Shown here piece after piece: positions 10,498 through 20,000 of a stretch of DNA of 20,000 nucleotides. A model generated the notes under the pieces. The model did not search any database and had not been told where the DNA came from. It saw only the letters and a program-made list of their open reading frames with translations. Both the position numbers and the translations under genes were made by a program. This DNA is from Malacoraja senta. Lineage: Eukaryota. Position 1 is the stretch's first letter; every line of letters begins with the position of its first letter. Location: NCBI GenBank assembly GCA_038087875.1, contig JAXLNO010000695.1, forward strand, positions 183,579 through 203,578. Direction: 5' to 3'.

Positions 10498-11004
10498 AAA
10501 AGTTTTTCCTCATCTCCATTCTAAATGGCCTACCCCTTATTCTTAAACTGGTTCTGGACTCCCCGAATATCGAGAACATGTTTCCTGCCGAGAGGATTTG
10601 AGTATAGTGGCAAAGAGGTCCTTCTGTAGTTATAAAGGTCCATGGTGAGACCACACCTGGAGTATTGTGTGCCGTTTTGCTCTCCTAATTTGAGAATGTT
10701 TGGGGAGTCCTGAACCAGGGGCCACAGTTAAGAACAAGGGGTAGGCTATTTAGAACTGAGATGAGGAAAAATGTTTTCACCCAGAGCTGTGAATTTATGG
10801 AATTCCCTTCCTCAGAAGGCAGTGGCGGGCGATTCACTGGATGCATTCAAGAGAGAGTTAAATAGAGCTCTGAGGGCTAGCGGGAGTCAAGGGATACGGG
10901 GAGAAGGCAGGAACGGGGTAGTGATTGTGGATGATCACCCTTGATCACATTGAATGTCTCGAAGGCCAAGTGGCCTACTCCTGCACCTATTGTCTATGTC
11001 TATG
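10498..11004 (+). mobile_element. Second CR1 fragment, internally deleted, preceded by an inverted CR1 piece (~10500-10589)
   Basis: 10590-11004 repeats the preceding CR1 with a deletion; 10500-10589 is the reverse complement of the 10158-10260-type segment. Confidence 0.85.
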
Positions 11005-11515
11005 GTCTTAATTCATCTGCCTGGTTACAAATGCTTCATTAGTTCACATAATAGACTTTTATCCTTCAACACACATTTCTTGGAGTTGACACCATGTACC
11101 CATGTTACCGTGAAACATACTCCCTACATTACATCATGCTTGTTATTACTATATTTAAAATTATACTCTGTGGTCATGATTTTTCTCTTTGATGTTTATA
11201 AATATCCATACAGGTCAACACAGCTGCCATTTGGAATTAAATAGCAGCATCTTCCCCCCAAGATATTCATGGTGACAGACAAACATCATGAAGGGATTCT
11301 TTACAGATTGGCCACTATTAACCTCTCACATTTTGAATGCTTCCTCAGAAGAGTAATCTTCTGCATAGCATCTGCATCATGGTAGTATTATATTCTGAGA
11401 TACTTCTAAAAAGATAACATCGTTTGTGGATCATTGAGCATTTTCAGTACAAAGTCCAGCCACTTTCAATAATGCCACACCCTGATTAGTTCTTAGTTTT
11501 GCATTTCTGTTTCAG

Positions 11516-11790
11516 TTTGTGAAGCCTGCGAGAATTTTTTATTGAAGAATGCCCTGTGCACGGCCCACCAGTCTTTATGAAGGACACTGTCGTTGATTCC
11601 ATATCACCCAGTTAGAGCACGTTTAACCTCTTCCAGAGGGTCTTAGCATTGCCACGTCCAAAATTCATTAAAGCTGGTCTTGGCGTCTGGAATGAAGGGA
11701 AGGTTATTCCCAGGGGCGTTCATTTTGGACCCTATGAAGGAGAGGTTTCAAATGAAGAAGAAGCTGCTGTCAAGTGGGTATTCATGGATG
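11516..11790 (+). CDS. PRDM9: PRDM9 zinc knuckle + N-terminal PR/SET exon with five 1-bp indels
   Basis: tttcag acceptor, ATG|gtaagt donor. Removing indels (~11540 -1; ~11598, ~11628, ~11669, ~11773 each +1) yields FCEACENFFIEECPVHGPPVFMKDTVVDPYHPVRARLTLPEGLSIATSKIHKAGLGVWNEGKVIPRGVHFGPYEGEVSNEEEAAVSGYSWM, colinear with the PRDM9 SET domain. Confidence 0.93.
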
Positions 11791-12019
11791 GTAAGTGACT
11801 CCAATAGTTAATCATGGAAAATACTCAGCAGGATTTATAATATTTGTTGCTGAAAGATCATCCTGAAATGTGAGCTGTGTTTTATCCTGCACAGATGCTG
11901 CCTGACTTGCTGGGTATCTCCTGAATGCTCTGTTTTTATTACAAATTGTTTGTAGTTGAATTATTTTGCAGTCTAATCAGAGTCATCAAGTCAAGAGTCA
12001 AGAGAGTTTTATTGTCAAA

Positions 12020-12694
12020 CTAGACTAAGTGGGACCCGTTGGGTCCCATGTTCACACGGGAGGGCTTGTCCCCCAACGCAAAATTCCACCACTCACCTGT
12101 TCCCCAACTCAACGACAGGAGCGTTCTGTAGCCGGGGGAGGGGGACGGCTCATGGGGGGGATGGGGGGTTGTGGGGATAGGGGAGGGAGTGCATGTGGAA
12201 AGGGATGTATTTGGGAGGGGGTGGTGTGTGTGGTAGGGGGAGTGTGGAGTAATGTGTGGGAGGGGAGTGGGTGAGGGGAGGGTGGGGGGGTGTAGGGGAG
12301 GGAGGGGGGTGAAGGGGAGAGGGGTTGTGGGAGGGGGTGTATGTGGGAGGGGGCGGTGTGTGCCCCCGCTCACAGAACACAGAACACAGCCCCCGCTCAG
12401 AGAACACAGTCCCCGCTCACAGAACATGAACACAGTCCCCGCTCCTTCAGCTTTTTTATCGCAGCCGGTGATTGATAGCGGGAGCCGGAAGGGGACGTTG
12501 CCGTCCTGGCAAATAACAGACCAATAACTTTCCTAATATTTCACCGATCGGAACAAAACTTGGTGCGTTTGGAGCAGAGAAGAACGGTGAGTAAGGTGGT
12601 TTAAAAATCCTAGCGATATAGGGTACCTTAGTCTACAGCGCAGACCGGAAGTGGTCAAGGTGAGAGTTTTAGTAATAGTGTAGAAGAAGATAGA
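12020..12694 (-). mobile_element. Non-autonomous Helitron (675 bp)
   Basis: The minus strand starts TC (12694-12693) and ends CTAG (12023-12020). An 8-bp hairpin TGGGACCC-gtt-GGGTCCCA (12030-12048) lies just before the 3' end. Insertion is between A (12019) and T (12695) with no TSD. Confidence 0.85.
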
Positions 12695-13212
12695 TGTCCC
12701 AGATAGAACATTGGAATTCCTACTTGCTGCAGCACAACAGAATATGTAAACATTGTAACTGATAAAGAAACGGTTCAAAGCTAACTGAAAAGCAGTGATT
12801 CCCAGTTCACTGCTCAGACTGGCATCCCTCTCCCTCACCCAATCTCTGAGCTAAATCAGTGCTCCATCTCCTTCCTGCTCTCCTGCCCCTCTTTCACCCT
12901 GAGGTCTGACTTCCTTGTTTGAGAATGCATTGAACATTTCTGACCAGTAAGAAATCATTAGAACAGTGACATTACCAAATTAAAGAACCTATTACAACCC
13001 GACAAAGCTTGAAATTATGCAATATGTTTATTATATTCTTAGAGTTTCTTTGCCGTGTGATTTCATTCGCAGGAATGTTGGAGTTCTCTGATATAAAAGT
13101 GTAATCAAGTAAAATAGGTTAAGTGGTCGTTAGTTGAAGGCATAATAAAGTGTAAGCTTCACGTTTGTTTTCTTTATCAATGTGTTTTTTTTTACCAAAT
13201 ATCTTTTTATAG

Positions 13213-13280
13213 ATCAGTAAGGCAAACAATGACACTGAATACATTGATGCACAGGATGAATCTAAATCGAACTGGATGAG
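13213..13280 (+). CDS. PRDM9: PRDM9 PR/SET middle exon (ISKANNDTEYIDAQDESKSNWMR)
   Basis: ttttatag acceptor, AG|gtgagg donor, 68 bp, phase 0-2; EYIDA...NWMR PR-domain motif. Confidence 0.94.
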
Positions 13281-14061
13281 GTGAGGAAAGACGAATGCTG
13301 ATCATAATAATATGCAATAACTGGGTTATTTAAATAAGGAGACACAAGAGACTGCAGATGCTGGAATCTTGGACTCAAAGCAAAGTGTTAGAGGAACTCA
13401 GTGGGTCAGGCAGCATCTGTGCAGGGAATCGACAGACAACATTTCGGGTGGGACATTGTCCAGACTGATGGAGTATAAAGGAATAAAGCTGGAAAAGGGA
13501 GGTGGGGAGGGACAAAGCCAGGCAAGTGAGGGGAAAGAGGATAAATGGGAAATATGGGACTCGGGGAAAGAAAATGTTCCATTTTCCTTATTATCAGAAT
13601 GAATCAGCACTATCTGGGAGATGCCTTCTCTGCCTCAACCAGCCTTTCTCCTTGGATCACTCCATGACCCACAACTCCTATCTCAAGCCTCATGCTCCTG
13701 GAATGTCACCTGATGCTGCAAAACTTTGCATCAAATATTCAGCCCGTCATGTCTTGATCTGTGGCTGGGAGACTGATGCCACGGTTTAAAATCAGGTCTT
13801 GATGTTAAACTCTGGTATCTCCGTGAAACCAGTATTCTAAGGGAAGAATCACTCACTTCATGCCATGCTACATCACAGCTGCTCTGTCTTTGTCTCCCTG
13901 TAAATAACATAGCCGGCATCTCCTGAAACTAAACTTTCCAGAGAGTCAGGTCAACAATGTTGAATTGTTTCACATGAAATTCTAACTTCCTGCAGCTTAA
14001 CAAGTCTGTTAACACAATAACATGCAGATCAATAGAAAGTCATCAATAATACATTATACAA

Positions 14062-14863
14062 TATTTTATTCATTGTCATTTGAACCTCAATGAGGCTCAA
14101 ACAAAACTCTGTTTGTACAGCCATACAAACAAAACAATTTCTAAAAGACACACAAACAATTCAATTCACACAAAACATCCATCACAGTGAATCTCCTCCT
14201 CACTGTGATGGAAGGCAAAGTCTTTTCTCTCCCCTGTGTACCATTTTTCTCCTGATGTTAAAGCCCCAGGTGGGAGCGAAGGTAAGTCCCACGGCCGTTA
14301 AGGCCGCGCCGGGCGATGTACGGCCCCGCTCCAGGTCATAATGTCTCAATGGTGAGCCCCGGCGGGCGTTGGCATGTCCCGCGACCGTTAAAGCCGCGCC
14401 GGGTGGGTCGTTCCAACCCCGCGACACGGGCGGGAGAAGTTGCGTTGCGGGAGCTCCGAGAAGCGGTCTCCTACCAGGCCCCGCGAGCTCCCGATGTTCC
14501 TGTCCACCGGGCCTGCGGCTGGAGCCTCCAAGCTCTGGAGTCGGGCGCAGCAGGAGCCCCACCGCTCCCCACGCTCCGAGGCCGGCTAGCCCCACGATGG
14601 TAAGTAGTCTGCAGGCTCCGCGATGGAGCCCGCAGGTCGTTCCGGTTGGAGGCCGCTCCACGGTACAAAGGCCCCAACGACAACGAGACCCGACAGGAAA
14701 AAGGTCGGGTCTCCCATGCAGGGAAGAGATTTTAAAAGTCGCCCCCCACACATACACAGCCAAAAACAGTATAAAAGAACACAACAACTACATTTAACTG
14801 GACAAATTTTTTTTTTAAAGACAGACAGGCTGCAGGGGCGCTGCAACGTGAGTCGCGCCGCCA
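14062..14863 (-). mobile_element. Unclassified GC-rich interspersed repeat, probably a non-autonomous LINE-derived element
   Basis: GC/CpG-rich block in an AT-rich intron; tail-like tttattcattgtcattt at the left end; internal direct repeat ccgtta(a/g)..ccgcgccggg at ~14295 and ~14385; no recognisable protein. Confidence 0.45.
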
Positions 14864-16032
14864 ACAATAACAACAACAGTAATACTAGGTTAGAATAAAA
14901 CAGGAAATACTGGAAATACTCCGTAGGTCAGGCTGCATCTGTGGGAAGAGAAACAAAGTTCAAGTTTCCTTCCCACCGACAAGGGACATGCTGTGGTAGT
15001 CTGGCGCGCTGATCTCTACAAGGCTGAGGCCACGTGCCAACTCCTCCTACTTATCCTTGGACCATGATTCCACATACGAGCACCAGGCCATTATCTCAAA
15101 ACACTATCACTAGCTTCCTCACTTCCGTTTCCCTGCCCTCCCAAGCCTCCCAACCTCATCGTTCCCCAGCCCCGCAAAGCCCGATTTTATCTTCTCCACA
15201 AAATCCACAAACCTGACTGTCCTGGCAGACCCATTGTTTCTGCCTGTTCGTGTCCCACCGAACCTATTTCCACATACCTCGATTCCATCCTATCCCCCTG
15301 GTTAAATCCCTCCCCACCTATGTCCAAGACACCTCACATGCTCTTCGTCTACTCCATGACTTCCGTTTCCAGGCCCCCATCCCCTAATCTTCACCATGGA
15401 TTGTCCAGTCACTCTACACCTCCACCCCCCACCAGGAGGGTCTCAAAGCCCTCCGTTTCTTCCTCGACCGCAGAACCAACCAATCCCCGTCTACCGATAC
15501 TCTTCTCCGCCTAGCGGAGCTGGTCCTTACCCTCAACAACTTTTCCTTTGACTCCTCCCATTTCCTCCAAATACAAGGCGTAGCTATGTGCACGCGCATG
15601 GGCCCCAGCTATGCCTGCCTCTTTGTAGAGTATGTCGAACAATTCTTCTGTTCGAGACGTACCAGGGCCCTATGCCCGCACTCTACCTCCGCTACATCGA
15701 CGACTGCTTTGGTGCTACCTCCTGCACCCATGCAGAACTCTCTGACTTCAATCATTTCAGCTATCTGGACTACACTTCTTCCCACCCTGCTTCCTGTAAG
15801 GACTCCATCCCCTACTCCCAATTCCTCCGTCTATGGTGCATCTGCACCCAGGATAAGGTGTTCCAAACCAGGGCATCGGAGATGTCCTCATTCTTTAGGG
15901 AACGGGGGTTCCCCTCTTCGACTATAGATGAGGCTCTCACCAGGGTCTCTCTCTATACCCCGTAGCTCTGCACTCATTCCCCATCCCCCCACTCGTAACA
16001 AGGGCAGAGTCCCCCTTGTCCTCACCTTCCAC

Positions 16033-17515
16033 CAGGCATGTGCCGTCGGGGTAGGCAAGATCGGCACTGCCTACCCTGACTAAAATTATATAATGGTAAT
16101 TACTAAATATACATAGTAAAGGCATGGGAGAATTATGCCAATCTAAGAGATCGATCTCTTGGGTAGGCATAATTCTCCGTGCCTTTCATCCGCAGCACTT
16201 GCAACATGCGAAGGTCTGTGCAGCCCACGTGCCGTCAGCTGCTGCTTCAAGCCGTCAATGACAAACGGGGCTGAACGCAGCTGAAATTCTGCCCTTTGCA
16301 GTACTGCGCATGCGCAGCGCTAGTTTCTTGGCGCGTTTTTTTTCAAATATGGATTGCCATTTTCTTAAGTGTATCTTAGGAAACAAAGAGAGAAGAATGG
16401 AGTTTGTGTACCGAGATAATGTGGTAGTACATTTCTTGGTGCTATATGTTTTTAAATACCGTATTTCCCGGGGTGGGGGGCGATTCCGTTCACAGCGTTT
16501 GGGGAGTCTGGCCCGGGGTAAAGTTGCGGGGAGGGCAGGAGCGTTGTGAAGGAGGGGGATCGGGATCATGCTAGTAGCCCACTTGCTACACTCCTTGCAC
16601 GGAGCCACCGCATTGAGGCCGGGGAGGAAGCAGCTCGGTAGGGTGGAAGGCAGGCACGTGGCTGCGAGTGGCCGCTTGGCCGGACAGCGGAACCGGCCCC
16701 CCACCTCAGCTCTTTCTGCGGCCCCCCCTCACCTCTGGCATCTCACCGTCTGAAAACCTCTCTCCTGCCGCTCGCCGACCTCACTCATGTCAGCCGCTTC
16801 CTGCAAATCCTTAAATTCCGACAGCACGATTGAGGTTACTCGGCTGTGGGAATTTAAGGATTTGCTGAAGCGGCTGACATGTGCGAAGTCGGCGAGCGAC
16901 AGGTGAGAGGTGTTCAGACGGAGAGCTGCCGGAGGTGAGCAGGGCCGGCAGAAGGATCTGAAGTGGCGGCCAGTTCTGCTGTCGGGTCCCGGCGGGCCGC
17001 TCGCAGCCACCCGAGCTGCTTCCCTTCCCGCCACAATGCGGTGGCTCCGCATCCAGAGCGCCGAGGCAGCGGTGAGTGAGTGAGTTACTGGCATTATCCC
17101 CGACCCCCTCCTTCGCAATGCTCCTGCCCTCCCAGCAACTTCACCCCTGGTCAGACTCCCCCTCAATTGGTCCCTTGAACAAGTGTTGTCATTCAATAAG
17201 ATGACAACTGATTCAACTTGTCCCGGTGTGACAATAGACAATAGGTGCAGGAGTTAGGCACCATTCGGCCCTTCAAGACCAGCACCACGCTGCTCCTCCC
17301 ACCATCTCTCCACCTGTCATCACCCTTCACCCCCCACCCATTCAGTAATTCAGAATAAAGGAGACTTGGAAGCCTTGGGCAAATTGAATTGTTACTGTCT
17401 TTATTTTTATTTTTTATTTTTACGGAGAGAACAATCTGCGCATGCGCGGTTTAAGTTGGGGTTTTTAAAGCCGACTGACTGCCTACCCTGAGTAATCACT
17501 CACGGCACGTGCCTG
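16033..17515. mobile_element. Non-autonomous hAT-type DNA transposon
   Basis: TIRs CAGGCATGTGCCGT / ACGGCACGTGCCTG (13/14 match); exact 8-bp TSD CCTTCCAC at 16025-16032 and 17516-17523; no transposase ORF. Confidence 0.9.
17231..17288 (-). mobile_element. Tiny 5'-truncated CR1 tail inside the hAT element
   Basis: Reverse complement of the CR1 3' end seen at 10443-10497. Confidence 0.75.
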
Positions 17516-18477
17516 CCTTCCACCCTACCAGCCGTCACGTACAACAAATAATCCTCCATCATTTTCACCACCTCCAACGTGACCCCACCACTCGCCACAT
17601 CTTACCATCTCCTCCCCTGCCTGCTTTCCGCAGAGACCGCTCCCTCCGTAACCCCCTGGTCAAATTGTCCCTTCCCACCCGAACCACCCCCTCTTTTGGC
17701 ACTTTCCCTTGCACCCGCAAGAAATGCTACACTTGTCGCTTTACCTCCCTACTTGACTCCATTCAAGGACCCAAGCAGTCTTTCCAGGTGCGGCAGAGGT
17801 TCACCTGCACCTCCTCCAACCTCATCTATTGCATCCGCTGTTCTAGGTGTCAGCTGCTCTACATCGGTTAGACCAAGCGTAGGCTTGGCGGTCGCTTCGC
17901 CCAACACCTCCGCTCGGTTCGCACTAACCAACCTGATCTCCCGGTGGCTCAGCACTCCAACTCCCCCCTCCCATTCCAAATCCGACCTTTCTGTCCTCGG
18001 CCTCCTCCATGGCCAGAGTGAGGGACCAACGTAAATTGGAGGAGCAGCACCTCATATTTCGTTTTGGGCAGTTTGTACCACAGCGGTATGAACATTGACT
18101 TCTCTAATTTCTGGTAGTTCTTACTTTCACCTCCCCTCCTCTGCTCTCCCTCAGCCCACTGGCTCTACCTCTTCCTTTCTTCTTCCAGCCCCCCCCCCCC
18201 CCCACCCTCACATCAGTCTGAAGAAGGGTTTCAAAACATTGCCTATTTCCTTCACTCCTTAGATGCTGCCTCACCCGCTGAGTTTCTCCAGCATTTTTGT
18301 CTACCTTCAAGGTTCCTTCAGCAGAGAGCTGACAGGGTGTACAATATTTAAGGTTGAATTTGGGACATGGCTGGGGACATGTCATTCTACAGACTTTATT
18401 AATATACTTTACATTCTGTGTTCACTTATAATTGTAAGTGACTGTTGTCCCCTCTATCTCTGCTTGCTGTGTTCCAG

Positions 18478-18668
18478 ATTTGTCAACTGTGCCAGAAATG
18501 TGGAGGAACAGAACCTTGTTGCCTTCCAGCACCGGGGCAACATTTACTACAGGACCTGCAAGCCGGTTCCTCCTCACTGCGAGTTGCTGGTGTGGTACGG
18601 TGATGAATATGCCAAGGAGCTGGGAATCATATGGACCACAATGTGGATGTCAAACCAAGACCCAAAAT
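18478..18668 (+). CDS. PRDM9: PRDM9 C-terminal PR/SET exon ([63 protein letters not shown])
   Basis: gttccag acceptor, T|gtgagt donor, 191 bp, phase 2-1, open frame; contains equivalents of catalytic Y341 (IYYRT) and Y357 (VWYG). Confidence 0.96.
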
Positions 18669-18721
18669 GTGAGTTAGGATTCTGCACAAATCGGGGAACT
18701 GCAGGCAAACTTGAATTGTGT

Positions 18722-19735
18722 GGGAAGGAACTGCAGATGCTGGTTTAAACCGAAGATAGACACAAAATGCTGGAGTAACTCAGCGGGACAGGCAGTATCT
18801 TTGGAGAGAAGGAATGGGTGACGCTTTGGTTCTAGACCCTTCTTCAGACTAGTTAGGGAAAAGGGAAAGGAGAGATATAGACGATGATGTAGAGAGATAA
18901 AGAACAATGAATGAAAGATGTGCAAAAAGTAAGGAAACAGGCCATTGTTAGCTGTTTGTTGGGTGAAAACGAGAAGCTGGTGCCACTTGGGTGGGGGAGG
19001 GATAGAGAGAGAGGGAATGCCGGGATTACTTGGTTAGAGAAATCAATATTCATACCACTGGGCTGTAAGTTGCCCAAGAGAAATATGAGATGCTGTTCCT
19101 CCAATTTGTGTTTAACCTCACTGACAATGGAGGAGACCTAGGACAGAAAGGTCAGTGGGAATGGGAAGGAGAATTAAAGTGTTTAGCAACCAGGAGATCA
19201 GTTAGGTTCAGGCGGACTGAGCGAAGGTGTTCAGCTAAACGATCGCCCCATGTATGTCTGGTCTTGCCGATGTAAAAAAGTCCACATCGTGAACAACGGA
19301 TACAGTAGATGAGGTTGGAGGAGGTGCAAGTGAACCTTTGCCTAATCTGAAAGGACTGTTGGGGTGTTGGACAGATTCAAGGGAGGAGGTATAGGGGTAA
19401 ATGTTGCATCTCCTGCAGGGGAAGGTACCTGGGGAAGGGGTGGTTTGGGTGGGAAGGAACCAGTTAACCAGGGAGTTGCGGAGGGAACGGTTTCTGCGGA
19501 AGGTGGAAAGGGGTGGAGATGGGAAGACGTGACTAGTAGTGGATACTGTTGGAGCTGGCGTAAATATCGCAGGATTATGTGTTGTATGTGAGGGCTGATG
19601 GGGTGAAAGGTAAGGACTAGCGGGACTCTGTCTCTGTTGTGAATAGGGTGAGGGGGAGGAAGGGCAGAGCTGTGGGTACCGAGGAAACACGAGTGAGGGC
19701 CTCATCTATGATTGGAGAGGGGAACCCTCATTCTC
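18722..19735 (-). mobile_element. Penelope-like element 3' part
   Basis: The minus strand encodes FPSPPLSTFRRNRSLRNSLV...PGTFPC...C and GIY-YIG-region remnants homologous to 17516-18304. Confidence 0.85.
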
Positions 19736-19806
19736 TATCCGGCCCGCAGCAAGCTCTTAACACGTTCTGTACGGCGGGCTATTTAGCGGGTTCTGTGGTA
19801 GCGCAG

Positions 19807-20000
19807 CTTTAGAGATACAGCACGGAAACTGGCCCTTCGGCCCATCGAAGCGATGCCCGTACACACTAGCACAATCCTCCACACACTCAGGACAAATTCA
19901 ATGAACCTGTAAATGTGGAGTGTGGGATGAAACCAGAGCACCCGGAGAAATCCCATGCAGGTACAAACTGCGTACAGACAGCACTCGTTGTCAGGATGGA
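19807..20000 (-). mobile_element. HE1-like SINE, cut by the window edge
   Basis: tttagagatacagcacggaaactggcccttcggccca is the reverse complement of the tail at 1147-1185; followed by a SINE central-domain-like sequence. Confidence 0.75.

Larger units (their letters stand above)
14970..18304 (+). mobile_element. Penelope-like retroelement (RT + GIY-YIG), degenerate, split by a 1483-bp insertion
   Basis: RT motifs KIHKPDCPGRPIVSAC, LAELVLTLNNFSF, QGVAMCTRMGPSYACLF and YLRYIDDCFG in 14970-16032; resumes at 17516 to give [23 protein letters not shown] and a terminal region ending ~18304. Confidence 0.9.
3739..18668 (+). other. PRDM9: PRDM9-family gene span (KRAB-SSXRD-zinc knuckle-PR/SET), 9 coding exons in window, 3' incomplete; frameshifts in two exons leave its functional status unresolved
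   Basis: Manually spliced exons with AG/GT boundaries and compatible phases give KRAB (YFSKKAFKELMDWEKIRYKNMKRNYEAM), SSXRD (YNLR...YTEEGELRDDDYL), zinc knuckle (CEACENFFIEECPVHG) and PR/SET ([33 protein letters not shown]) in the PRDM9/PRDM7 order. Confidence 0.95.

Noticed and set aside
11516..11790. Programmed frameshifting or RNA editing to rescue the SET exon
   Set aside because: Five scattered indels of mixed sign with no slippery-site or structural pattern; sequencing error or decay is far simpler.
14200..14898. ORFs of up to 195 aa on both strands
   Set aside because: A GC-rich repeat open in many frames, with no recognisable domain or splice fit to PRDM9.
16255..17241. 149-aa and 170-aa ORFs as a possible transposase
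   Set aside because: No hAT/DDE or BED motifs; the similarity between opposite-strand ORFs simply reflects the palindrome.

Overview
Eukaryotic, repeat-rich vertebrate DNA. The repeat content (HE1-like SINEs, CR1/HER1 LINE tails, Penelope-like elements) suggests a cartilaginous fish such as a skate, ray or shark. The window holds the 5' part of a plus-strand PRDM9-family gene (meiotic hotspot H3K4/H3K36 methyltransferase). It comprises a CpG-island/TATA promoter (~1990-2390), a long G-rich tandem-repeat leader, a putative ATG exon, two KRAB exons, two linker exons, an SSXRD exon and three zinc-knuckle/PR-SET exons; the C2H2 zinc-finger array should lie beyond base 20000. All three catalytic tyrosines and all splice sites are intact, but the SSXRD and first SET exons carry six small frameshifting indels, so this is either a young pseudogene or uncorrected long-read error. 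Upstream (43-913) lies a rearranged, splice-dead partial duplicate of the same gene that lacks the ATG and KRAB-A exons. The introns contain a canonical non-autonomous Helitron and a hAT-type element (14-bp TIRs, 8-bp TSD, 660-bp internal palindrome) nested in a Penelope retroelement. An inverted Penelope pair flanks the last catalytic SET exon. Most ORF-track entries are repeat-derived or spurious. Homology calls come from recalled motifs, not database searches.
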